Below are positions 25,075 to 37,433 of a DNA stretch of 64,000 nt, piece by piece. Numbering within the stretch: the stretch's first letter is position 1; each line of letters opens with the position of its first letter. The notes under the pieces were generated by a model. The model had not been told where the DNA came from. It did no database searches and was given only the letters and a program-made list of their open reading frames with translations. This stretch comes from Mobula hypostoma (taxonomy: Eukaryota): positions 236,842,001-236,906,000 of the forward strand of contig NC_086097.1 in the NCBI RefSeq assembly GCF_963921235.1, written 5' to 3'. Made by a program: the position numbers and the translations under genes.

Positions 25075-26843
25075 TTTGTGAACACAGCACAGCACATCAC
25101 ACAAACCAATGTTCTGTCCCTGGACTCACTTTATACTGCATGCTGTCAGAGCAGTGCTGCCAGGATAATCAAGGACACGACCCACCCAGCCAACAGACTT
25201 TTCATCCCTCTTCCCTCCGGGAGAAGGCTCAGGAGCTTGAAGACTCATACGGCCAGATCTGGGAACAGCTTCTTTCCAACTGTGATAAGACATGTCTGAC
25301 GAATCTCATAGAATTTTTTGAGGATGTAACTAGTAGAGTGGATAGGGGAGAACCAGTGGATGTGGTATATTTGGATTTTCAAAAGGCTTTTGACAAGGTC
25401 CCACACAGGAGATTAGTGTGCAAACTTAAAGCACACGGTATTGGGGGTAAGGTATTGATGTGGATAGAGAATTGGTTAGCAGATAGGAAGCAAAGAGTGG
25501 GAATAAACGGGACCTTTTCAGAATGGCAGGCAGTGACTAGTGGGGTACCGCAAGGCTCAGTGCTGGGACCCCAGTTGTTTACAATATATATTAATGACTT
25601 GGATGAGGGAATTAAATGCAGCATCTCCAAGTTTGCGGATGACACGAAGCTGGGCGGCAGTGTTAGCTGTGAGGAGGATGCTAAGAGGATGCAGGGTGAC
25701 TTGGACCCAGGTTGGGTGAGTGGACAAATTCATGGCAGATACAATTTAATGTGGATAAATGTGAAGTTATCCACTTTGGTGGCAAAAATAGGAAAACAGA
25801 TTATTATCTGAATGGTGGCCGATTAGGAAAGGGGGAGGTGCAACGAGACCTGGGTGTCATTATACACCAGTCATTGAAAGTGGGGATGCAGGTACAGCAG
25901 GCGGTGAAAAAGGCGAATGGTATGCTGGCATTTATAGCGAGAGGATTCGAGTACAGGAGCAGGGAGGTACTACTGCAGTTGTACAAGGCCTTGGTGAGAC
26001 CACACCTGGAGTATTGTGTGCAGTTTTGGTCCCCTAATCTGAGGAAAGACATCGTTGCCATAGAGGGAGTACAAAGAAGGTTCACCAGATTGATTCCTGG
26101 GATGGCAGGACTTTCATATGAAGAAAGACTGGATGAACTAGGCTTGTACTCGTTGGAATTTAGAAGATTGAGGGGGGATCTGATTGAAACGTATAAAATC
26201 CTAAAGGGATTGGACAGGCTAGATGCAGGAAGATTGTTCCCGATGTTGGGGAAGTCCAGAACGAGGGGTCACAGTTTGAGGATAAAGGGGAAGCTGTTTA
26301 GGACCGAGATTAGGAAAAACTTCTTCACACAGAGAGTGGTGAATCTGTGGAATTCTCTGCCACAGGAAACTGTTGAGGCCAGTTCATTGGCTATATTTAA
26401 GAGGGAGTTAGATATGGCCCTTGTGGCTACGGGGATCAGGGGGTATGGAGGGAAGGCTGGTACAGGGTTCTGAGTTGGATGATCAGCCATGATCATAATA
26501 AATGGCGGTGCAGGCTCGAAGGGCCGAATGGCCTACTCCTGCACCTATTTTCTATGTTTCTATGTTTCTAAGACTGCTGAACGGATCCTGACCCGGATCT
26601 GGGTCGTACCCTCCAAACATCCGGACCTGCCTCTCGGTTTTTTTGCACTACCTTACTTCCCATTTTTCTATTTTCTATTTATGATTTATAATTAAAAATT
26701 TTAATATTTACTAATTTTAACTATTTTTAATATTTTTTATATGTTTAATATTTGTAATCCAGGGAGTGTGAAGCGCAGAATCAAATATCACTGTGATGAT
26801 TGTACGTTCTAGTACCAATTGGTTGGCAACAATGAAGTATAAA
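25075..26843 (+). mobile_element. Rex1/Babar 3' fragment interrupted by CR1
   Basis: [41 protein letters not shown]-rich 3' UTR. Confidence 0.85.
25292..26568 (+). mobile_element. Young 5'-truncated CR1
   Basis: Near-identical to 5717-6992; TSD taagac 25286-25291/26569-26574; frameshift near 25707. Confidence 0.97.
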
Positions 26844-26956
26844 GAATATACATAATTGCAAACAACAGGAATTCTGCAGATGCTGGAAATTCAAGCAACA
26901 TACATCAAAGTTGCTGGTGAACGCAGCAGGCCAAGCAGCATCTATAGGAAGGGGCG

Positions 26957-26994
26957 CAGTCGACGTTTCAGGCCGAGACCCTTCGTTAGGACTA
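26957..26994 (-). ncRNA. Hammerhead ribozyme copy with G5A core mutation
   Basis: Minus strand tagtc-CTAACGA-agggtctcggcct-GAAACGTC-gactg. Confidence 0.7.
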
Positions 26995-28103
26995 ACTGAA
27001 GGAAGAGTGAGTAAGGGATTTGAAAGCTGGAGGGGGAGGGGGAGATGCAAAACGATAGGAGAAGACAGGAGGGGGAGGGATAGAGCCGAGAGCTGGACAG
27101 GTGATAGGCAGAAGGGGATACGAGAGGATCATGGGACAGGAGGTCCGGGGAGAAAGACAAGGGGGGGGGTGACCCAGAGGATGGGCAAGAGGTATATTCA
27201 GAGGGACAGAGGGAGAAAAAGGAGAGTGAGAGAAAGAATGTGTGCATAAAAATGAGTAACAGATTTGGTACGAGGGGGAGGTGGGGCCTTAGCGGAAGTT
27301 AGAGAAGTCGATGTTCATGCCATCAGGTTGGAGGCTACCCAGATGGAATATAAGGTGTTGTTCCTCCAACCTGAGTGTGGCTTCACCTTTACAGTAGAGG
27401 AGGCCGTGGATAGACATGTCAGACTGGAATGGGATGTGGAATTAAAATGTGTGGCCACTGGGAGATCCTGCTTTCTCTGGCGGACAGAGCGTAGATGTTC
27501 AGCAAAGTGGTCTCCCAGTCTGCGTCGGGTCTCACCAATATATAAAAGGCCACATCGGGAGCACCGGACGCAGTATATCACCCCAGTCGACTCACAGGTG
27601 AAGTGATGCCTCACCTGGAAGGACTGTTTGGGGCCCTGAATGGTGGTAAGGGAGGAAGTGTAAGGGCATGTGTAGCACTTGTTCCGCTTACACGGATAAG
27701 TGCCAGGAGGGAGATCAGTGGGGAGGGATGGGGGGGACGAATGGACAAGAGAGTTGTGTAGGGAGCGATCCCTGCGGAATGCAGAGTAGGGGGGAGGGAA
27801 AGATGTGCTTAGTGGTGGGATCCCGTTGGAGGTGGCGGAAGTTACGGAGAATAATATGTTGGACCCGGAGGCTAGTGGGGTGGTAGGTGAGGACCAGGGG
27901 AACCCTATTCCTAGTGGAGTGTTGGGAGGATGGAGTGAGAACAGATGTACGTGAAATGGAGGAGATGCGTTTAAGAGCAGAGTTGATAGAGGAGGAAGGG
28001 AAGCCCCTTTCTTTAAAAAATGAAGACATCTCCCTCGTCCTAGAATGAAAAGCCTCATCCTGAGAGCAGATGTGGCGGAGACGGAGGAATTGCGAGAAGG
28101 GGA

Positions 28104-29269
28104 CACCCGTATGGGTCCTAGCTATGCCTGCCTTTTTGTTGGGTTTGTGGAACAATCTATGTTCCGTGCCTATTCTGGTATCTGTCCCCCACTTTTCCTT
28201 CGCTACATCGACTACTGCATTGGCGCTGCTTCCTGCACGCATGCAGAACTCGTTGACTTTATTAACTTTGCCTCCAACTTTCACCCTGCCCTCAAGTTTA
28301 CCTGGTCCATTTCTGACACCTCCCTCCCCTTTCTAGATCTTTCTGTCTCTGTCTCTGGAGACAGCATATCCACTGATGTCTACTATAAGCCTACTGACTC
28401 TCGCAGCTATCTGGACTATTCCTCTTCTCACCCTGTCTCTTGCAAAAACGCCATCCCCTTCTTGCAATTCCTCCGTCTCCGCCGCATCGGCTCTCAGGAT
28501 GAGGTTTTTCATTCTAGGACGAGGGAGATGTCTTCATTTTTTAAAGAAAGGGGCTTCCCTTCCTCCACTATCAACTCTGCTCTTAAACGCATCTCCCCCA
28601 TTTCACGTACATCTGCTCTCACTCCATCCTCCCACCACCCCACTAGGAATAGGGTTCCCCTAGTCCTCACCTACCACCCCACCAGCCTCCGGGTCCAACA
28701 TATTATTCTCCGTAACTTCCGCCACCTCCAACGGGATCCCACCATTAAGCACATCTTTCCCTCCCTCCCCCCCTGCATTCCGCAGGGATCGCTCCCTACA
28801 CAACTCCCTTGTCCATTCGTCCCCCCCATCCCTCCCCACTGATCTCCCTCCTGGCACTTATCCGTGTAAGCGGAACAAGTGCTACACATGCCCTTACACT
28901 TCCTCCCTTACCACCATTCAGGGCCCCAAACAGTCCTTCCAGGTGAGGCATCACTTCACCTGTGAGTCGACTGGGGTGATATACTGCGTCCGGTGCTCCC
29001 GATGTGGCCTTTTATATATTGGCGAGACCCGACGCAGACTGGGAGACCGCTTTGCTGAACATCTACGCTCTGTCCGCCAGAGAAAGCAGGATCTCCCAAT
29101 GGCCACACATTTTAATTCCACATCCCATTCCCATTCTGACATGTCTATCCACGGCCTCCTCTACTGTAAAGATGAAGCCACACTCAGGTTGGAGGAACAA
29201 CACCTTATATTCCGTCTCGGTAGCCTCCAACCTGATGGCATGAACATCGGCTTCTCTAACTTCCTCTAA
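28104..29269 (+). pseudogene. Penelope RT C-terminal part + GIY-YIG endonuclease, frameshifted near 28770
   Basis: ORFs 28045-28842 and 28943-29269. Confidence 0.9.
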
Positions 29270-29570
29270 GGCCCCACCTCCCCCTCGTACCCCATCTGTT
29301 ACTCATTTTTATGCACACATTCTTTCTCTCACTCTCCTTTTTCTCCCTCTGTCCCTCTGAATATACCTCTTGCCCATCCTCTGGGTCACCCCCCCCCCCC
29401 GTCCTTGTCTTTCTTCCCGGACCTCCTGTCCCATGATCCTCTCATATCCCGTTTTGCCTATCACCTGTCCAGCTCTCGGCTCTATCCCTCCCCCTCCTGT
29501 CTTCTCCTATCATTTTGCATCTCCCCCTCCCCCTCCAGCTTTCAAATCCCTTACTCACTCTTCCTTCAGT

Positions 29571-29608
29571 TAGTCCTGACGAAGGGTCTCGGCCTGAAAC
29601 GTCGACTG
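29571..29608 (+). ncRNA. Minimal type I hammerhead ribozyme, intact core
   Basis: UAGUC-CUGACGA-AGGGUCUCGGCCU-GAAA-CGUC^GACUG; stem I UAGUC/GACUG; palindromic ACGU stem III. Confidence 0.8.
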
Positions 29609-29879
29609 TACCTCTTCCTATAGATGCTGCTTGGCCTGCTGCGTTCACCAGCAACTTTGATGTATGTTGCTTATATACATAGTTGATTTACTTGTTTATC
29701 TAGTATAATGTTTTATTTTATTTATTATTATTTTTTCCCTCTCTCTGCCAGTTTATGTATTGCATTGAACTGCTACTGCTAAGTTAACAAATTTCACGTC
29801 ACATGCCAGTGATAATAAACCTGATTCTGATTCTGATTCATGGATCTATCAAAAACTTTAAGTTTGAATTGTTTATTTA

Positions 29880-30160
29880 TTTATCAATATAGTGCAGACA
29901 AGTCCTTCTAGCACAGCAGAAGGAGCTACACAGCAATCCACCTATTTTACACTAGCCTAATCACAGGACAACTTACAATGACTAATTAGCCAACTAACTG
30001 GTACACCTTTGGACTGTTGGAGTTTATTGGAGCAGCAAGAGGAAACCCACATAGCCACAGGGAGAAAGTACAAACTCCTTGCAGTTAGCTTTGGAATTAA
30101 ACTCCAAACTCCAACACCCCAAGCTGTAATAACATTGCACTACCCACTACACTACTAGTG
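29880..30160 (-). mobile_element. V-domain SINE, decayed
   Basis: ggtacacctttggactgttgg..gaggaaacccac. Confidence 0.7.
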
Positions 30161-30289
30161 CTTAAATAAATGTTATCCCTTCATCACTATAGAAAGAAAT
30201 GTTAGTCAAATTCCTGCAAGTACATGTTACTACATCTGTGCTTAACTACTGTAGGTATTCATTGTATAACAAACTGGAGTAAATAAATG

Positions 30290-30762
30290 GACAAGTTCAA
30301 AGTAAAATTTATCATCCAAGTACATACAGTATGTGTCACCACATACAACCCTGAGATTCTTTTTCCTGTGGGCATACTCAGCAAATCTATAGAACAGTAA
30401 CTGTAAACAAGATCAATGAACAACAAACTTGCGCAAATGTAAGCATACTGTAAATAAATAGCAATAAATAACGGGAGCATGAAATGACACGATAGAGTCC
30501 TTAAAGTGAGACCATCGGTTGTGGGAACACCAGAATTAGAATGAGTGTAGTTATTCTCTTTTGTTCAAGAACCTGATGGCTGAGGGCTACTAACTGTTCT
30601 TGAACCTGGTGGTGTGAGTCCTGGAGCACCAGTGCCTTCTACCTAATGGCAGCAGCAAGAAACGAGCATGGCCTGGGTGGTGAGGATCTTTGATGATGGA
30701 TGCTGCTTTTCTATGATAATGTTTCATATAAATGAGCTCAATGGTTGAAAGGGGTTTACCAG
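30290..30762 (-). mobile_element. Older Rex/L2-like 3' fragment (continues 34036-34190)
   Basis: aagttcaaagtaaaattt tail; similar to 63120-63605; FYRCVVESVLTGCI at 33943-34164(-). Confidence 0.8.
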
Positions 30763-33700
30763 CTGGTTATAGTTGCTCCGTAATTTCTTACTTTTAAACT
30801 TTTTAACTTAGTTATTTGTTGTATTTTTTTCTCATGGTAACACGTTGAAGCTGCATCCTCTCTAACGTGCTGGTGGAGAGAGTTTTACTTGTTTTTTTAG
30901 CGCTGGAATTAGTTACATTCGGACACATCTCGTTAGCGTGGCAGCAGGATGGTCGCATTGTTTATTCCAGGGACCAATTGATTACACTCATGCCGGCCGG
31001 TTTAGTGAACAGAGCAGCGGACATACCGGCTGAAATCTGGAGGAAAACACACAGAGGATGCAGAGGGGGATCAAAAAGGCGAGGGAAGAGGACCAGGTCG
31101 AGATAACAGAGGCTTATGGAGAAGAGAAGTTATAAGCCGTGTCTCCCCTCTCTCATCATGGGAAATGTGAGATCGCTGGGGAATAAAATCAACGAACTGA
31201 CGGCGCTTGTCAGGAGTCAGAGAACATTTCGGGAAAGCAGTGTCATGTGCTTCACTGAGACGTGGCCGCACGAGGACATACCCGATCAAAGCGTTTCCAT
31301 AGAGGGCTTCCAGACCGTTCGAGCTGACCGGAATTGTACTGACAGCAGTAAGCGCAAAGGAGGGGGGCTGGCGGTTCTGGTAAATAACAGATGGTGCAAT
31401 CCTGGGCATATTACAATCAAGGAACGTGTCTGTAGCACGGATATTGAACTTTTTGCTGTTGGACTCCGGCCATATTATTTGCCAAGGGAAATCTCGCATG
31501 CAATTGTGGTTGTTGTGTACATCCCTCCCTCTGCCAACCCGATGTCGGCGTGTAGCATCCTTTACACCGTCATAGCCAGATTACAAACCCAGCACCTGAG
31601 TGCCCTCATTACCATCTCGGGTGACTTCAACCAGGTTACCATGGCTAGAACACTGCCCAACTTGACGCAGTATGTAAGCTGTACAACCAGAGGGGAGAGG
31701 ACTCTGGATTTGATGTACATTAACATTAAGGATGCATACAGATCCTCTCCCCTCCCCCCACTGGGAAGGTCAGATCAGAACCTGGTGCATCTCAAACCCT
31801 GCTACGTGCCTCTGGTAAAGAGTAAACCTGCAACCTCGAGGACAGTGAGGAAATGATCAGAGGAGGCTTATGAGGCGCTCCAGGGTTGTTTTGAGGTGAC
31901 AGACTGGCAGGCACTCTGTGAGCCACATGGAGAGGATATTGATGGGCTCACAGAATGCATCACCGATTACATTAACTTCTGTGTGGACTGCAATGTTCCG
32001 ACAAGAACTGTTCTTTGTTATTCAAATAACAAACCATGGGTGACAAAGGACATTAAGGACATCCTGAACGCTAAAAAGAGGACATTTAGAGATGGAAATA
32101 GGGAGGAGCTGAGGGCAATACAGAGGGACCTGAAAGCCAGGATCAGGGAGGCTAAAGACAGGTACAGGAGGAAGCTTGAGTGGAAACTCCAGCAGAACAA
32201 CATGAGAGAGGCCTGGAGGGGGATGAGGACCATCACTGGGTTTTGGCAAACTAGCAACAGAGGAGCTGAAGGCAGTGTGGACAGGGCCAACGAACTTAAC
32301 CTGTTCTTTAACAGATTTGACATTGTGACCCCCGCCCATCCCCCACATGAGCCATCTGTTGTCGGCCCCTAACCAACACATATTCCACTCTCCCCTCCTA
32401 CCCCTCCTCACAGTCCCCCACCCTGCTCTCATGACTATACCCCTCCCCCACATGAAACCACCATGGTGGGCTTCACGGCTGAACAGGTGAGAAGACAGCT
32501 GAAACGTCTCAACCCAAGCAAGGCTGCAGGACCGGATGGTGTCAGTACCAGGGTGCTCAAAGCCTGTGCCCCTCAGCTATGTGGAGTACTTCACCATGTA
32601 GTCAACCTGAGCCTGAGGCTCCGGAGGGTTCTTGTACTGTGGAAGACGTCCTGCCTCGTCCCTGTGCCGAAGACGCCATGCCCCAGCGCCCTCAATGACT
32701 ACAGACCGGTGGCATTGACCTCCCACATTATGAAGACCCTGGAGAGACTTGTTCTGGAGCTGCTCCGGCCTATGGTCAGGCCACACTTAGATTCCCTCCA
32801 GTTCGCCTACCAGCCCCGACTAGGAGTTGAGGATGCCATCGTCTACCTGCTGACCCGTGTCTACGCCCACCTGGACAACCAGCGAGCACTGTGAGGGTCA
32901 TGTTTTTTGACTTCTCCAGTGCGTTCAACACCATCTGCCTGCTCTGCTGGGGGAGAAGCTGACAGCGATGCAGGTGGATGCTTTCCTGGCATCATGGATT
33001 CTTGATTACCTGACTGGCAGACCACAGTACATGTGCTTGCAACACTGTGTGTCTGACAGAGTGATCAGCAGCACTGGGGCTCCACAGGGGACTGTCTTGT
33101 CTCCCTTTCTCTTCACCATTTACACTTCGGACTTCAACTACTGCACAGAGTCTTGTCATCTTCAGAAGTTTTCGGATGACTCTGCCATAGTTGGATGCAT
33201 CAGCAAGGGAGATGAGGCTGAGTACAGGGCTATGGTAGGAAACTTTGTCACATGGTGTGAGCAGAATTATCTGCAGCTTAATGTGAAAAAGACTAAGGAG
33301 CTGGTGGTAGACCTGAGGAGAGCTAAGGTACCGGTGACCCCTGTTTCCATCCAGGGGGTCAGTGTGGACATGGTGGAGGATTACAAATACCTGGGGATAC
33401 GAATTGACAATAAACTGGACTGGTCAAAGAACACTGAGGCTGTCTACAAGAAGGGTCAGAGCCATTTCTATTTCCTGAGGAAACTGAGGTCCTTTAACAT
33501 CTGCCAGAGTATGCTGAGGACGTTCTACGAGTCTGTGGTGGTCAGTGCTATCATGTTTGCTGTTGTGTGCTGGGGCAGCAGGCTGAGGGTAGCAGACACC
33601 AACAGAATCAACAAACTCATTCGTAAGGCCAGTGATGTTGTGGGGATGGAACTGGACTCTCTCACGGTGGTGTCTGAAAAGGGGATGCTGTCTAAATTGC

Positions 33701-34035
33701 ATGCCATCTTGGTCAATGTCTCCCATCCACTACATAATGTACTGGTTGGGCACAGGAGTACATTCAGCCAGAGACTCATTCCTCCGAGATGCAGCACAGA
33801 GCGTCATAGGAAGTCATTCCTGCCTGTGGCCATCAAACTTTACAACTCCTCCCTTGGAAGGTCAGACACCCTGCGCCGATAGGCTGGTCCTGGACTTATT
33901 TCATAATTTACTGGCATAATTTACATATTACTATTTAACTACTTATGGTTCTATTACTATTTTATTATTTATGGTGCGACTGTAACGAAAACCAATTTCC
34001 CCCCGGATCAATAAAGTATGACTATGACTATGACC
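30763..34035 (+). mobile_element. Near full-length Rex1/Babar non-LTR retrotransposon, several stops/frameshifts
   Basis: APE endonuclease (GNVRSL, CFTETW, YIPP, GDFN, LDL) 31116-31856; RT (KAAGPDG, DYRPVALT, GAPQGTVLSP, FSDD) 32463-33882; aataaa + (TATGAC)n tail. Confidence 0.93.
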
Positions 34036-34363
34036 ATTGATGTGCTGGGCCAAATCCATTAATTTTTGTAGGATTTTCCACTCAGAGGCATTGGTGTTCC
34101 CATACCAGTCCATAATGCAGCCAGTCAACACACTTTCCACCACACATCTATAGAAATTTGTCAAGGTTTTGGATGATATCTTGAATCGTGTGAAACAGAG
34201 ACAGAAATTGTCATGAATAGTTAATCTTGACTATCCAAAGCAACTCAAACAGCGTAAGTGCCCACTTTGATGAGTGCAGGAACATGCTCTTTGTCAAGAC
34301 GACATCAGAGGACCAACCTCAATTTAGGCAAAAACAAATCCTTGGCTGTCTACATTGCTTTAA

Positions 34364-34545
34364 GCGACACTCACAACACGCTGGAGGAACTCAGCAGGTC
34401 GGCCAGCATCCGTGGAAAAGATCAGTCGACGTTCCGGCCCGAAACGTCGACTGATCTTTTCCACGGATGCAGCCCAACCTGCTGAGTTCCTCCAGCGTGT
34501 TGTGAGTGTTGCTTTGACCCCAGCATCTGCAGATTATTTTGTGTT
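34364..34545. mobile_element. Penelope-terminus hairpin insertion
   Basis: Near-perfect ~150-nt palindrome + 33-nt tail; TSD tacattgctttaa 34351-34363/34546-34558. Confidence 0.88.
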
Positions 34546-34877
34546 TACATTGCTTTAACGTGGTTAGTAACTCCTAAAGTGACACAAACTGTGGTTCCAT
34601 CACGATTGGGCAGCTTCTTTACAGCTCATCATAACTTGGGAAGAAAAGGAGTACAGAATAGGCAAGAGGAGATTCAGTTTTCAAAGAATGCCCTAGAGGA
34701 ATCAGAAGGGTAGCAAAGCTGAGAGATGTCCTGTAACCAAAAAGAGCCAAGGGATCTTCAGGTACCGGCTTAGAGGTGAAAAGGAGAAGGAAACTCCTGA
34801 AAAATGTGTTCCTAAGAATGTGAATGCAGTTCCTCAAGAAGTTCATTGATCTCACAACTCAGCAAATACAGCTTCAA

Positions 34878-35592
34878 ATAATCAGGTGAGGCAACATTTC
34901 ACCTACAAATCTGTTGGGGTCTTCTGTTGTGTCTGGTGCTCCCAATGCAGTCTTCTCTACATTGGTGAGACACATTGTAAATTGGGGGACTGCTTTGTTG
35001 AGCATCTCAGCTCCGTCCATCAAAAGTGGAACTTCCCGGTGGCCAAACATTTTTAATCTGCTGTCCATTCCCATTCCAACATGTCAGTCCATGGCCTCCT
35101 CTTGTGTCACAACGAAGCCACCCTCAGGGTGGAAGAGCAACACCTTATATTCCTTCTAGGTAGCCTCCAACTTGATGGCATGATTATCAAATTCTCCTTC
35201 TGATAAAATAATTTTCCCCCTCCTCTCCTCTTCTTCTCTCTCCCTCTCCGGAGTCCTTCCTCTTCTCACCTGCTTCTCACTTCCCCCTGGTCTCCTCCTT
35301 CTTCCCTTCCTCCCATGGTCTACTCTCCTCTCCTATCAGATTCCTTCCTCTCCAGTCCTTTACCTTCCCCACCCACAGGGCTTCATCTATCACTTTCTAG
35401 CTATCCTCCTTCCCCTCCCCACACCTTTTTAATCTGGCTTCTTCCTCTTTCCTTTCCAGTCCTGAAGAAGGGTCTCGGTCTGAAATATTAACTGTTAATT
35501 CATTTCCATTGATGCTACCTTCCCTGCTTAGTTCCTCCAGCATTTTGTGTGTTCCTTTGGATTTCCAGCATCTGTAGAATTTCTCACATTTC
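34878..35592 (+). mobile_element. Penelope 3' fragment (GIY-YIG remnant, decayed hammerhead ~35458-35494)
   Basis: caggtgaggcaacatttcacc..ctacattggtgaga; cagtcCTGAAGAagggtctcggtctGAAATATT. Confidence 0.85.
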
Positions 35593-35819
35593 AAGTCATG
35601 CATTCCACATTTGAACCAGTTGGCTCAAGCACCCACCTTAGCAATTTAACTCGTACCATCAATTATCATAATATGCGCTGACAGAGCAGTTAAGTGTAAC
35701 TGCATTATTGGGGTTAGGTGTCTGAATGAGAGTCCGTGTGTGGTCCACAAAGAGAGAGTTAGACCTCTCATACAGCATCCCTGATAGGACAAGGGCCTGT
35801 TAACATGCAAGGTTAAGAT

Positions 35820-35960
35820 AGAAAGAATGTGAGGGATGAAGAGAGGTGAGAGACAGAGGGAGATGGGAGGAGAGAGAAAGGGAAAGAGAGGAGGAAAAGA
35901 GAGGAGAGAGAGAGAGAGAATGAGAGAGAGAGACAGAGAGACCATGAATGAGAGAGAATG
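35820..35960. repeat. GA-rich simple repeat
   Basis: Directly visible. Confidence 0.9.
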
Positions 35961-37433
35961 ACTTGGTTCTTACACCTTTCAACTTGCTAATAGTCAATAA
36001 ATATTGAGTCAATTAAAAGATCCAAGAGAGAAATTTAAGGAGCTTGCTTATTTACAAGTGGCATTTTGTTTTAACATGTGGTTTGGTTAGTGTGAATGGA
36101 CAACAGCTGCTAAGAAGTACTCAAACCTTTGTTTCTCTCCTGTCTTGTGACTCTTTGTGGATGTGTAATTCCATCAAAGCTCCATTCCACTTGTTGTGTC
36201 TGTGCACAGCTACATGTCAATCAAATGAAAATACGTGTGCGGGAGGTGGCTTTAACTGGTGTATTCACACTGCAGAAGGGGAGAGAGAGCGAGAGAGAAT
36301 GATGCGCATGTGTAGCTAGCAGTACCTGCGAGAAAACACATCAATATATAGTGCTAAGGGGGGTGGAAGGTCATGGGTCTAAATGGAATAGATCCATACA
36401 TTACACTTTCTTTCCCCTTTAGGTTAATGTACTATTAAACTGTATATGTACAAAACATTCAATTTCACTTCCATAACCTACATTCCAAATAAACATGCTT
36501 TCACAATAACATTCCATAACTAACTTCATAGTTTTAAAGATTCAGTCTTTTGGGTGGCTGTCTACTTCTTTCAGGATAGCACCTCTGAATTCTGGAGTGG
36601 CATCGGGTTTGGCATGCGTCTTATCAATGATAATGTTCTCATAGCACCTCTGGACCTGTGGAATGGCTTCAAGTTTGGTACGTGAAGACAACATTCTCAG
36701 TTTCCTGGGTCACGTTCCTGTCAGTGACGTCATCTCTGAGGAATAAGTCTGGTGACTGCAATGTGTCCATCTTGTTGGATGCAGTTGACTGAGGTGTGTT
36801 CTTCGATTGAACATCTGTCCAGATCTGTCTCCATATCTGATCTCCAACATCCACTGTGTACATCGGGACCCAGTTATTGTAGCTATCCTACTAGGTGTCC
36901 ACGCCTTCTAAGTATTCCTGTCCAATCGTGAAGCTCCTTGCTGCTTTACTTGGCAACTGGTTGAACTGTTTATTTTATACTTCTCTCCAAAGGTCTGGTT
37001 TCAGGAGGTCTATGAGAGGTCTTAGATTCCTGTACTTGAAGAGCATTGTAGGTGTTTGATTTGTCATCACATGAACAGAGTTCTGGTACACAAAAAAAAA
37101 GTTGTCCACCTTGTGCTGTAGAGAAATATCGTCCTTGTTCATTGCTTTAATGGATTTCTTGAAGGTTTGGATAAATCTTTCAGCTAACCCAAATGTTGCT
37201 GGGTGGTGAGGAGCTGACTTGAAATGTCTGATGCCATTTTTCTTCATGAACAGGCAGAATTCTTCTGACGTGTATTGTGGTCCATTGTCACTCTCAATTG
37301 GTTCGGGTAAACTATTTCTGGTGAAGATAGTCCTCAGAGTGAAGACAGCCTTTGCTGAGGTGGTTGACGTCATTCGTATGACCTTCTGCCTCTTTGAATG
37401 ACCATCTACAAGAATCAGAAACATGGAGTTCAT

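Larger units (their letters stand above)
26859..29672. mobile_element. Penelope-like element, 5'-truncated, with long inverted copy
   Basis: Arms 26893-28103(-) and 28454-29672(+); RT motifs TRMGPSYA, RYIDY (mutated YIDD), DVYYKPTD; GIY-YIG (GVIYCVRC..YIGET..RF.EH); flanking repeat atatacata(a/g)ttg. Confidence 0.95.

Noticed and set aside
25140..25811. Novel fusion ORF
   Set aside because: Off-frame Rex sequence reading into an inserted CR1 at a TSD
27315..28284. Independent minus-strand genes
   Set aside because: Inverted arm of the Penelope element
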